The notes under the pieces were generated by a model that was not told the origin of the DNA, made no database searches, and saw only the letters and a list, made by a program, of their open reading frames with translations. Made by a program: the position numbers and the translations under genes. A stretch of 64,000 nt of DNA. Origin: Candidatus Poribacteria bacterium (GTDB lineage: Bacteria; Poribacteria; WGA-4E; WGA-3G). Below, one piece after another: positions 1 through 10,588 of this stretch; within the stretch, counting starts at the first letter, position 1, and each line of letters begins with the position of its first letter. The stretch is from positions 96,001 to 160,000 of the forward strand of contig CBDBFU010000014.1 of NCBI GenBank assembly GCA_965205025.1, in the 5' to 3' direction.

Positions 1-161
1 TCAGATACTTGTTGCTGCAATGCGAAAAGTTCACGATCAGACGCACCTGAGCGAAGACCTCTTTTCTTTTCAGAGTAGGATGTTCCCATCCAAACGCATC
101 CAAGCACGATGAATGCTATTGAACCACATACTATCATTACAATTACGACAAGTCCTTGCAT
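1..161 (-). CDS. Small membrane protein, partial (runs off the window start)
   Basis: Translated by hand: AGGAG RBS, then MQGLVVIVMIVCGSIAFIVLGCVWMGTSYSEKKRGLRSGASDRELFALQQQVS...; one TM helix followed by a coiled segment. Confidence 0.5.
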   Translation of the reverse strand, partial: MQGLVVIVMIVCGSIAFIVLGCVWMGTSYSEKKRGLRSGASDRELFALQQQVS

Positions 162-302
162 TTTTCTCTCCTAATGAATTAATTTCTGTCTAATAGAGTA
201 TTCTTAAATTAAAAGGATAGTTAAGATTTGATTAAGTGTAGATATCTACCTATAGAATTATTAGACATTGTCAGTTGTAATATGTTTATCATTTATATCT
301 AA

Positions 303-414
303 TACCATTTCCATAAATTATTGTCTCATTAGGCGGTTATTATGGCAGTCATTTTTCAGGTCACAAACTGAAAGTTTGTGGTACAAAAAGAGACATTTTC
401 AATTAGAAATAGTA
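303..414 (-). mobile_element. MITE family A (TACCATTTC...GAAATRGTA ends) carrying a CACAAAC..GTTTGTG hairpin
   Basis: Near-identical inverted copies at 25147-25259 and 46449-46707; terminal inverted repeats visible. Confidence 0.8.
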
Positions 415-644
415 TAAGTTCCATAGACTTCTCATTGATAATAATACCATTTCTAAATATGTTTATCCCATCAACAATTGTGATGCATGGCTTGAAATGC
501 TGTACAAACGGGTGTGTAAGGTTTTTGGCATTCAACATCATCCTGCAATTGTATCTGCATATCAATGTTTTTCCCAAGTATTGTTCATTTGCATACATGT
601 CAACTCCATTATGGCATTGAGACCTTCATCTGTCAATCTCATAA

Positions 645-801
645 TTATATTAGATGTATGGATATTGTGAATGGAAAAAGTGTTAATATTTATCGTTTTG
701 AGATGATGTCACTTTCACGGAAACCTTCACGGAGCAATTTTACGATCCCTTATTCTATAAGGGTTTATAATTTTATTTATACAATTCTCCGTGAATCACA
801 T
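645..801. repeat. About 160-bp dispersed non-coding repeat (inverted copy at 40249-40407)
   Basis: Aligns by eye to the reverse complement of 40249-40407. Confidence 0.75.
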
Positions 802-1629
802 ACGTTAATTAATTGTTAACAACTGCGTGTATGGAATGCATCTTTGGTTTTCATCTGATTATAAATCTTCTGGATAGTTTCCATATTTCCTATGAATATA
901 CCATTATCACCTAAAATGTTCCTATGTTGGCAATTCGAAGATTGGTGTGTAAAGTTGTTGTATTGGTCTTGAGGATACTCTTCAAAATCTGAAATTTATG
1001 ATTGTTAAAAAAGCATCAAACCAGATATTTAATCCTAATATACCGACAAAAAACAGTGTATAAAAACAGACATTTAATCCTAAATACTTAGACGGTAGAT
1101 CGTGTTGTTGCTGCATTTCTCTATGCATCGAAAACATGAAAAAAGTTACACTTTTTGTCACACGGTGTGACATTGAAATTGGTGTAATTTACCCGTATAA
1201 CCCCTGTCATAGACTGACTTTACTCCACTTTGAATTGACTTTATAAGAAAATCGAAAAAATGTGATTTTGTGTTTTTGTTGTCCTTCCTGATTTTGAGAT
1301 TCCCAACGGTTAAAAAGGTATACTTTTTTGACGTATATGAAACTTCGCAATTAGGATCGTTTTTATCGAGAGTCATTAGTTTATAGTTATTGGTTTTTAG
1401 TTGTGTTCTAACTCTTAATTTTATTTTCATTTTGATAAATATTATTAAAATGTATTTGTGTTTTTGTGATATATGTATGTTTGTTGCTATAGATGGGTGT
1501 TTTCTTCATTTTTTATTAAAAATGTATTATCTGTTTCATTTGATGCTTGTTAATGCCATATACTTTACACACCCGTTGTTATGTATGTCTTGAAGTCCTG
1601 CACAAACTGGAAGTTTATGCTACATTTTG

Positions 1630-1709
1630 TTTTCTATAGACATATCACACCGCTGGTGTGTGCGCTCTACGTGTATCGGTTTTCTATAGACATATCACAC
1701 CGCTGGTGT
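1630..1709. repeat. Two direct copies of a 30-bp REP-like unit TTTTCTATAGACATATCACACCGCTGGTGT
   Basis: Exact direct repeat; same family at 19174-19204, 38555-38630 and 40109-40180. Confidence 0.8.
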
Positions 1710-1723
1710 AACGACCAAGGTTA

Positions 1724-2167
1724 ACTTTTATCCGCTCTGGTAACAGCAGGAAATGTAGATGACAAGATACCTGTGCCACAGTTGTGTCAAGAGATCTTTG
1801 GCAAAGTTTGCTGATAAAGGATACATCTCAAAAGATCTTCGTGAGAAACTCCAAGAAGACGGTGTGTCCCTCATTTACAATGTGCGTAAAATTATGAAAC
1901 CTGAACCTATTTCTGATACCGACGCAGCACTTTAAAAAAAACGGATGTTCATTGAATCGGTGTGTAAAGAACTGAAAAGTCAAACAGAGATACAACACAC
2001 ACACGCCATAGAAGTTGTGCTAACTTTCAAGTGAATACGATTGCTGCCTTGATTGATTATACCGGTCTGAAGAAGAAACCTTCATTCAAACATAGAGAAC
2101 TACAGGAAGAAGACTTTCAGATGTCAAAAATATGTAACATCTAAAAACATTTATCAAACTCACGTTA
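1724..2167 (+). pseudogene. IS982-family transposase 3' remnant with its terminal repeat
   Basis: Broken frames read VTAGNVDDKIPVP...ADKGYISKDL...KRMFIESVCKELK...RHRSCANFQVN, typical of the IS982 C-terminal half; ends in TTATCAAACTCACGTT. Confidence 0.8.
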
Positions 2168-2292
2168 TATATAAGTTATAAACGACTAAAAAATCCTTAG
2201 AGAATCATAGAAAATAATAGACGTTATATAACTAAATAAATAATTTGATTAGAACTAAAAATTGACGTATAATAACTATATAATTAAATTAT

Positions 2293-2454
2293 AACGTGAG
2301 TTTGATTATTCAAATATTTATGTTCAGTGCGGTGAATCAAGGAATCAACGGTATGAATGCTATTTAGCATTCCCCGGGAAACCGCACCTACCGGGTCTAT
2401 AGGAGTGATATTTTTGGAAAATGAAGATTATTTATCTATTATCAAACTCACGTT
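2293..2454 (-). mobile_element. IS982-end MITE containing a GTAG-REP hairpin interrupted by a small insert
   Basis: TIRs AACGTGAGTTTGAT/ATCAAACTCACGTT; homologous to 18868, 41823 and 63058 copies. Confidence 0.8.
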
Positions 2455-2527
2455 ATACATAATGTACCCAGTGGTGTCAATAAAGTCTCCAATCAGATAG
2501 ATATTTATAAATCATATCTATCAGGAA

Positions 2528-2809
2528 CAATACCTTCGCTAATTATCTGAGATTTAGTTGAATGGTGTCATAGTGATATGACCAATTGCTCAGAGAAGTT
2601 CCGAGATTTCAGGAGTAAAATAACTTCAGGTTTTTTGCGTAAGTCATTTTTATTTCTGTATAGACCAAATTCCACACCAGTTGACTCTATAGGTGGACAC
2701 AGACTGAAAGTCTATCGGATAACACCGATCAGAATCGAAGGATTCCTACTGGACAAGTAGCAACTTAGGTTGACTTATGAAACATACGCCATTTTTGGCG
2801 AAGGTATAA
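2528..2809. mobile_element. About 280-bp non-autonomous element with the ends of the IS at 26905-28363
   Basis: CAATACCTTCG...TTGGCGAAGGTAT ends; second copy at 30088-30372. Confidence 0.75.
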
Positions 2810-2841
2810 ACTCTCCGATATATTATTGAAAGGAAAACCTC

Positions 2842-3627
2842 ATGTTGAAAAGACTTTTAGTAAACGTATGGGACATACTTGGAATATGGACATTTATTTT
2901 ACTAGGATTTTTCTGCTTGTTTGGGATATTTTGTATTACTTGGTATAATTATAGTATAAAAGAAAGCAAGAAAGAATCTCAGGAAATACAGGAACTACTA
3001 AGGCAAAATAGTGAAAGTAAATATATTACTAATTCTACTCAACAGGACTCGAATGAATCACGCTCAGTAGAACATAATACTATGAACACCGAGAATGCCA
3101 ATAAAAATTCAGGTGAAAATACTAAAAGAGTTGAGATTCAAACAGATAGACCTAATGACAATAAGAAAGGTTACCTACCTAAAGAGATACATGATGAAGA
3201 AATAGTTGAATCGTCTTTTGGATTTGGGAGGTATCCTACAATTCCACAAGGATTTCCGCTTGGAGTGAGTTGGCAGTTTACTAACCATTTTTTACCTGAA
3301 AAAATAAAATATCAGGGAGAGTTGGTAGATAGAGTATTAATTAAATTATTCAATGATGGAGATAGAGACTTTATTGCTGGTAAGTGGCATAAAGGTAAAG
3401 TTTATCCGCTGTATCCAAATACATTTTATGTAGATATTAATGAAAAGAAAATAGAAGGAATTGATATAATTTCTCAGACTATCAGGATTTTTGGACCTAG
3501 TGGAACAAGAGATATACAAAAGAGGTTAGAGAAAGCACTTGTTCTTGGTAAAACCATTCCGGGCATTAGAGTGCTTAACATAAATTCGCATGGAATTGAT
3601 CCATACGATTATCTACAAATAAAATAA
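2842..3627 (+). CDS. Membrane-anchored unknown protein, family X (GFGxYP / YPNTxYV / GIDPYxYL motifs)
   Basis: N-terminal TM helix, polar linker, C-terminal domain shared with 4699, 28677 and 30414. Confidence 0.8.
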   Translation: MLKRLLVNVWDILGIWTFILLGFFCLFGIFCITWYNYSIKESKKESQEIQELLRQNSESKYITNSTQQDSNESRSVEHNTMNTENANKNSGENTKRVEIQTDRPNDNKKGYLPKEIHDEEIVESSFGFGRYPTIPQGFPLGVSWQFTNHFLPEKIKYQGELVDRVLIKLFNDGDRDFIAGKWHKGKVYPLYPNTFYVDINEKKIEGIDIISQTIRIFGPSGTRDIQKRLEKALVLGKTIPGIRVLNINSHGIDPYDYLQIK

Positions 3628-3636
3628 GGGAGATAT

Positions 3637-4165
3637 ATGATGTTAAAATTATCGACTACTTTCACATTAGTATATTTATTGATATGCACTTCGGTATTTG
3701 TGATTGCAGATTGTGAGAAGCCATTTGTGGTGGGAAATGGGTACTACGGCGCACATGTAGAGTCGCTCTGTGATGCCTCTGTGAGCACATCCACTGAGTT
3801 ACTAGATGATGATGTTAAAGCCTTTGTGGTTTCTGCCAATGTAGATCACTATGCAAATACAAACTCAAGTTTACCTGAATATGGATTTTATTCTATAGCA
3901 GCTAATGCAATATATAGTGACATTATAAATATGGTGATAGTTAAGATTGAATCTGCAGACAGTGCATCTGAATATTACAATGGTGGGTGCTCAGAAAAGT
4001 GTTACAGGAAGGCATACTTACAGAAATCCTGACATTGCTGATCGTCTGTATGGGGAGGGAGAAGCAAATATTTGGGGAGGTCGTCAAAATTATCATTCAG
4101 AGAATATGAAGCGATATATCTACGATCATGACAAGGATATTCTTAGACATTTGTTATGGATATAA
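3637..4165 (+). CDS. Secreted unknown protein downstream of X (frameshift near 3990)
   Basis: GGGGAG RBS and signal peptide; ORFs 3637-4032 and 3947-4165 overlap in different frames. Confidence 0.55.
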
Positions 4166-4287
4166 TATATGCTGCAAATGTTATTTTTACGCGTTGTGTC
4201 AGTAAACACTTTGTATGTTAACATTTCACATGTTTGTCTTGTTTGAGTCTAAATTCAGCAACTTTTTCCATCCCGACAACCTCAAGT

Positions 4288-4345
4288 TAGGAGCGATCTC
4301 CGATTCACGACTACAAACGTGTCGCGATTCGGAGATCTCTCCTAC
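4288..4345. repeat. Inverted REP doublet (REPIN-like)
   Basis: TAGGAGCGATCTCCGATTCACGAC...GTCGCGATTCGGAGATCTCTCCTAC. Confidence 0.65.
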
Positions 4346-4698
4346 AGAATATAAACAGTTGTGAAAACAACAAGACTGTCAGGTAACTAGCACAAGTCGT
4401 AAATATGGTATAATGTTTCTTGTTGGTGTATTTATATCAAGCGTTGCTAAGTAATTATGATGTTAGTTCTCTATAATGAAGGCAACACCTTGACGCACAT
4501 ATATGGAGACACCGCAACTATAGGGCAAAGATATGGTTATACATAATGTACCCAGTGGTGTCAATAAAGTCTCCAATCAGATAGATATTTTAAATCATAT
4601 TTTATTAATTGTCTTAAAAGTGATATAACGCAAGACAATGCGATAATACTTGGTTTAGACGTCCAAAAGTGGTATGTCCTAACAAAAGGAGGTATCAG

Positions 4699-5465
4699 AT
4701 GCTACGCGATTATTTTATGAACAAATGGGTTCTTGGCGGTATCGGCTATCTGATAGTGTTCTCCGTTGCGTGTGTGTTGTGGTATCAGTACGATATAGCA
4801 GATGAGAGAAAAGCTGCAGTCGATACTGAAGAACTACTACGGCAATCGGGACTTTCTCATCAAGAAACAAAAGAAAGCGAGATGAGCAGCGTAGTGGGTC
4901 AAGCAATTGATATAACCATTGCAGAAAGCACACCACCAAACGCAAAGAAATCTATAACCGAAACAACTATTAAGACAGAATATTCCGGACTTAGTGATGC
5001 TCGCGAAAAACAGCCGGAACAGACACAGGAAACTACCGAAGTCGTACGGGTTTCACCATACGGGTTCGGACAATATCCAGAAGTGCCTTCTGATTATCCG
5101 ACTGACGTCATCTGGAATCAACCTGAAGCTAAAGAGAATCTTCCTGACCACGCGCTGAAAGGTATTGGAACTGTTAGATTCGGGTTCTTGTTAAGTTATG
5201 GATTGAAGGAGACAAAAACTTCCGGGGTGGATGTACTAATAATGGTAAAGTTTATCCTTACTACCATAATACTGTTTATGTTCGTTATGCACAACAGGAA
5301 ATGCCTGATGGGACAATTAGGAGGTACGTTACCAGTGCCAAGTCAGCTCCTAATGTTGAATACTCCGAAGAAGATCTTTTGTCCGCTACCTTTCCTGGTC
5401 ACCTTCGTATAATAGAATTAGATTCTACAGGAATTGATCCGTATCAATTCCTAAACTTACATTAA
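4699..5465 (+). CDS. Family X paralog, frameshifted near 5166-5181
   Basis: AGGAGG RBS; removing two extra bases restores ELLDRVLVKLW...KVYPYYHNTVYVRY...GIDPYQFLNLH*. Confidence 0.75.
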
Positions 5466-5569
5466 ATGAAGGAGCAAAAAATGCACAAATTCTATACGAA
5501 AAGAAACTGCTTTAGATTTTGTTATCTGACCTTTTTAATAATTTTTGTAGTCACAGTCTTTTCTACGCG

Positions 5570-5725
5570 ACGCGGTGAATCGTAGGACGGTTTCCCTGTC
5601 CGCATATCACCGAATGTAAAAATTAATCTTCATATGTCATTCATACCGTTGATTCCTTGATTCGCGGGACGAAAGGTGTATCCCTAAATTGACGCCTATG
5701 GTGCGGTTTGTAACCACCGGGAATG
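5570..5725. repeat. Nested cluster of MITE/REP fragments
   Basis: Contains TTAATCTTCAT, ATTCATACCGTTGATTCCTTGATTC and CCTAAATTGACGCCTATGG, all seen elsewhere; truncates the short ORF starting at 5481 and the pseudogene at 5726. Confidence 0.65.
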
Positions 5726-6123
5726 CTAAAATGCTAAGTAGCGTCCATCCGAAGACCACCGTCGTGCCCAGCCAACTCCGTCATCTGAACCAAGTTTATA
5801 AGTTTCCTTTGTTCTGATATTGGTAACCCAGACTGCACTACTATGATGTTCAACGAATGTTCCGGTCGGTAGATATATAGAGTATTCTGTGGTTTTTTCT
5901 TGGAACGATGACTTATGATGAGGATCTTGCACAACATAGGCAAGAAACTATCCATCGGGGAGAGCTGCAATCGTGAACAGGATGAAAACGACTTAATTTT
6001 AAGAATATCCGGAATCGTTAATGTTTTGTGAGTCATTTGTCCCTCTTTTGTGTCTTGTGTGAACGTGTCTTGGGAAATAATACACATCGCTAACCCAATC
6101 GCTAAAATCACTGTTTTTTGCAT
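5726..6123 (-). pseudogene. Truncated paralog of the S9 peptidase beta-propeller N-terminus, with a signal peptide
   Basis: DILKIKSFSSCSRLQLSP / VWVTNIRTKETYKLG / RWSSDGRYLAF match the cargo at 9634; frameshift, in-frame TAG and truncation by repeats. Confidence 0.75.
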
Positions 6124-6150
6124 GAGAGTTTTCCTTTTCTCCTTTACGAC

Positions 6151-7188
6151 TTAGAGACTTAAATCACTTAGGTAATTAGCAATCTGCTTTGGTAGTCCAT
6201 CAACGGTCGTTTCCATGGCGGCGATGACAAGCGCAAAACTTTTGATGTTATCCTCAACCCGTGTTTCAGAAGGTTTACCACCGTCAATCCAATTTAAGAA
6301 TTCATTGAATAAGTGGTGGTGATGCTCATAACGGACTGGTGGGGCTGTGTAAACTTCCGTTTCACCACCAACACGATGGATTACCATCTGGTTTCCACCT
6401 CCTATTTCGACTGTGCCCTTTTCAAACTCGGCGCGGTAGGACTCATGGTTCCAACAGTATTCAATGCCAGCCGCCGAACTGTTGCCTTCATAAGAGACGT
6501 GAACACCGTTGTCCATACGCATAAGATAAAAACCGCTGGAGTAGTGTCGGAAACTTGACCATTCAGGATTCCACCCAAATCCGATCAAGGTTTCGCAATC
6601 GCCGCCAGAGAGAAACCGAAGCATGTCTAAGTGATGAACGGCACCCTCAATGAGAAGTCCGAAATCCATATCGTGCCGCCAGGCTCCCCACTCAGAATAG
6701 CGGCGAAAGTCGCACCCATATCTACCGACAACGTATTGAAGTCCTCCCAATCTACCTTCATCACGGATCCGAATCAATTCTTGTTTATTATCCGCAAAGC
6801 GGTAGTTTTGGATAATAGTGCAAGGTAATCCTGTTTTCTGTGCGGTACGCACCATTGCTTTCGCGGCATCCCAGGTATCCGCGATCGGTTTCTCGCATAT
6901 AACGGGCATCCCGTTCTCCATAGCAGCAATTGCGGCAGGACAGTGAAATTTAGGCGGAGTAGCAATACCACAAAAGTCTGCTTTGACCTCCACACATGCC
7001 TCGTTAAAATCTGTAAAGCATTGCGAAGTGCTGAGTCCTAACGCTTTGCTTTGTGCTGCGAGAACCTCTGTATTCACGTCTGCTAAACCAACGATCTCGA
7101 CCCGATCACTGAAATTGTCGGTGAAGATTTGGATCCAGTTAGCTGCCATACCACCGCCACCGATCATCAAACATGTTTGTTTCGCCAT
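6151..7188 (-). CDS. Gfo/Idh/MocA family oxidoreductase
   Basis: GGGGMA Rossmann motif, CEKP, HHLD. Confidence 0.9.
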   Translation of the reverse strand: MAKQTCLMIGGGGMAANWIQIFTDNFSDRVEIVGLADVNTEVLAAQSKALGLSTSQCFTDFNEACVEVKADFCGIATPPKFHCPAAIAAMENGMPVICEKPIADTWDAAKAMVRTAQKTGLPCTIIQNYRFADNKQELIRIRDEGRLGGLQYVVGRYGCDFRRYSEWGAWRHDMDFGLLIEGAVHHLDMLRFLSGGDCETLIGFGWNPEWSSFRHYSSGFYLMRMDNGVHVSYEGNSSAAGIEYCWNHESYRAEFEKGTVEIGGGNQMVIHRVGGETEVYTAPPVRYEHHHHLFNEFLNWIDGGKPSETRVEDNIKSFALVIAAMETTVDGLPKQIANYLSDLSL

Positions 7189-7296
7189 ATTCTTTCCCTT
7201 TTTAGAATTTTATGTATATTGCATCAAGCGAACATGAAATTTTGCCATAATTGTTTTTGTTGAGAAAATGAAGATTTCGAGTGCTTTTAATACAAT

Positions 7297-7418
7297 CAGG
7301 ACTTACGCATTTCATCTTAAAGTCCCCCTGATAAGGGGGATTTAGGGGGTTAAAACACCGAAATGACGGATTTTTAAGTCAAATTTTACCTTTTTTTGCT
7401 TAAGTTGCGTAAGTCCTG
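7297..7418. mobile_element. MITE with CAGGACTTACGCA TIRs (IS4-like) and 5-bp TSD ACAAT, carrying CCCCCTGATAAGGGGGATTTAGGGGG
   Basis: Perfect 13-bp TIR; ACAAT on both flanks. Confidence 0.8.
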
Positions 7419-7440
7419 ACAATATAGATAGGCTCTTTCT

Positions 7441-10246
7441 TCAATTCAGATGCTTTTCAAACCAATCAATGATACGTTCCCAGCAATTCTGCGCGGTGTT
7501 CAGGTCGCCAATACCTCACGAGGTGTCCTTCACCACGATACCACGCAAATGTCGCTTCCTTCTTAAGCCTGCGTAATCCTGAGAAAAGCTCCCCAGATTG
7601 CGTGTAATCATCACCATTAAAGCCTTCACCACAATAGATTAGAACAGGGGTTTCTACCTTATCTAAGTGAAAAATCGGTGAACTGTCAATATATCGTTGG
7701 CGTTCTTCCCAGAGCGAACCACCTATATCCATACGATTCTTTCCTTCTATCCATTTAATACCAAAACTTCTTTCCAGTTTGGTAAGATTCCCGTAGATTC
7801 TGGTCAAATTATAGAAACCGCCACCGCAAACTGCGGCTTTGAAACGGTTGGTCTGTGTAATCAATCCGGCTGTGGAGTATCCACCGTGACCGTACCCCGT
7901 TATTCCCAAACGATTTGCGTCGGCGATCCCCATTTCAATGACTTTGTCTACCGCAGGCAGCACATATTCGGACAATTTTTCCAACGATTCGCTGGATCTT
8001 GATGGCACATCAACACCAAGCACGGCAAAACCACGGTGCAGCAAGGAGTTGAAAAGTTCATGACATATTTATCCAACCCAAAACTATAAATATACATTGA
8101 CAAGTGCCTGCCCGGATAGACCCATGTAACTAAAGGATACTTTTTGCCTTCCTCATAGTTAGCAGGTAGCATCAAAACACCACGCAAACGCTCGCCGTTC
8201 TCTCTTTGTAATTCGACGAAACGGACCTCACCAAATTGTAAGTCGCACAGATGCGGATTGAGATTGGTTACCTGCTTACATTTTTCAGAGTCTGTATCAA
8301 ACATCCAGACTTCCTCTGGATGTGTCGCATTCTGCGCTCTGTAGACAATCTGTGTGTCGTTACTGACTAACCCTTAAATCGTATTCGTCTGCGATTTGAC
8401 GGGTTATGCTAATTGGTTCTTCATACAAGCAAGTAGCACGTGCCTCAGCCGTATTTATCAAATAAAAACCATCTTTCTTTGTTTCTGGATCATGAGTCTG
8501 GACACAGATAGACTGTGCATCGCTTGACTGCCAAACGACGTGGGTATTTACTTTCGCGACAATACCCATGATGTGTTTCTTCAATTCTTCTGTCAGTTTC
8601 CGTGCGCTGCTACCGTCTGCTGCGAATTCCCATATATTCCAGTCGATGCCACAGAAAAACGACTCTCCTGATGGTCGCCATAACGGACGTGCGTAAAATC
8701 GCAGTTTCTCTGTAATGTCTGCAGTCAAGTTCTTCTGTTCACCATCTTGGACTGAAACAATAAACAATCCATCCGATTGCGCATATACCAGATACTTACT
8801 GTCTGGTGACCAACTCACGAATAGTGCTTTTTCGGTTATATTTGTAGCCAAACTTCGGGCTGGCGTTCCATCCAAAGGAACTAATAACAACTCATATAGG
8901 GTATCTTGAGATGTCAACTCCCTTCCTCGTATTATATTGAGTACAGCAACTGCAGTATTATCCGGAGAGAGTGTAATTTTTCTCGTAAACAAGCCTCGTG
9001 CGAGAACTTGCACATCACCCGTGTCAACGTTGAAGACACCTAAATCACCTTTGATCCACACAAATTGGTCTAAATCTTCATCTAAAGAAGACTCTTCATC
9101 CGTATCCGTATGCCAAACGTTTATCGCTTGTGGAATCGTTTTGTTTGAGATAATTGTGGAAATGTCCATATCTTCGGGACGTAACTTTGTGATGATATGT
9201 TTTCCATCCGAAGTCCACTGCGGGACTTCAACACCGTGTGTTGCAGTAATCGGTTTTTCGCTAACTTGCCGCAGTTCATTTTCAACCTTATCCCAAACCC
9301 AAAGATGAGGTGTTCCCATTCGGTCAGAAAAGAAGGCTAAGTAGTTTCCATCTGGAGACCAACGAGGTGCCCAGTCAACCCCCGTCCCTGCTCCAAGCTG
9401 ATATGTTTTCTTCGTTTTGATGTTGGTAACCCATACTTCCTGACTATGATTTTCTATCAATGCGCCTGTTAGTTGATGCAGTGAAAATTCATCGGTCTGT
9501 TGTTCGAACGATGAATTTCGGTCAGGGTCGACTACTACATAGGCAAGCCACTCTCCATCTGAGGAAAGTTGCATTCGTGATCGGTCTGATAAGGACTTAA
9601 TCTTGAGTATATCTGAACTCATTTTATCTGCCATGCTATTTTCTCCTTGTGAACTGTGTTCCTTTTCAATAGAACTATCTATTGTATCTTGGACAAATAA
9701 ATCGTATTGTTTTAACCTTTGTTTTGCGCGTCGCAGCCGACTCTTAATCGTATTTTGGGGGATGCCTAAATAGCGACTTATCTCAGCGGATGTCATCTCT
9801 TCGAAGTAGTGGAGTGTGATTAACTGTTGATCACTTTCCTTTAGCTTTGAAAGTAACTTTTGTACTAATTCGCGTTGTACTTCAACAGCATCCCGCTCGT
9901 TTTCCAAAGCTACATAACGTGAATATGAATCTGTCTCGGTTTTCAATGTATAACTTTCACGTAACAATTCGGACATGGATTGCTTTTTTCGGAACCACGC
10001 GAAACAGAGATAATTTGCAATCGAAAAAAGCCATGTTGAAAACTTGGTTGGATCTCTCAGCTTTTCGAGATTCTGATACACTTCGAAAAATATTTCTTGT
10101 GTAATGTCTTCAGCAATGTGGAAATCTCCAACTTTCCGATATGTATATGCGTGAACCTGCTCTTGGTATTTACTCACCAAACTCGCAAAGGCAGCATCAT
10201 CACCCGCAAGTGTGGATTGGATCAACACAACATCGCCTGTATTCAT
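7441..10246 (-). CDS. ECF sigma factor fused to an S9 (prolyl oligopeptidase-like) propeller plus hydrolase domain; three frameshifts
   Basis: Sigma region 2 (AEDITQEIF) and region 4 (TIKSRLRRAK); WSPDG repeats; GVLMLPANYEEGKKYPL; GEGH. Frames join near 8375, 8050 and 7487 and end CWERIIDWFEKHLN*. Confidence 0.75.
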
Positions 10247-10281
10247 CTGACATCTCCGGAAAGGTTTCATTATGTAAGAAT

Positions 10282-10371
10282 TATAGTATAATTTGTGAAT
10301 AAATGGATAGGACGTTTGTGGGTAGGATGCCTAATGGCACGAAGAAACGTCCGATTAACTATTTCACTATA
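10282..10371. mobile_element. TATAGT...ACTATA-ended MITE in the leader of the sigma-S9 gene
   Basis: Imperfect TIRs resembling those of 14579-14681. Confidence 0.5.
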
Positions 10372-10383
10372 TTATATATAGTC

Positions 10384-10417
10384 ATATAGTCGCGAATTGA
10401 ATGGAAAAGGGTGCATA
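10384..10417 (-). promoter_or_regulatory. Putative ECF promoter TATGCACC-N11-AATTCGCGAC
   Basis: Same motif and spacing upstream of the second sigma gene. Confidence 0.6.
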
Positions 10418-10588
10418 ATTCTATTAATCGGATACCGTTTCTGAATGATAACTTCTCATTTACAGTAAAATCTATATCTTTATACTACGGTATTGTGGCG
10501 AGATTTAGAACCTCGCCACAACATAGTAATAATTCGGCGGATGTTACCCCAGAAACAATACTAACACATCGTCAAAGTGTTCTACGAA

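Noticed and set aside
356-1593. Short ORFs in the AT-rich left region
   Set aside because: No recognisable motifs or RBS; they overlap repeats and MITEs
1630-1709. CRISPR-like repeat-spacer-repeat
   Set aside because: Only two units with a 20-bp gap; belongs to a dispersed hairpin family; no cas genes
4515-4540. c-di-GMP-I riboswitch suggested by GGCAAA
   Set aside because: Lacks the GNRA-capped P2, the GCAAAG receptor and the P3 layout
2842-5570. Integron cassette array explaining the X-Y units
   Set aside because: No convincing attC (RYYYAAC...GTTRRRY) structures and no integrase in the window
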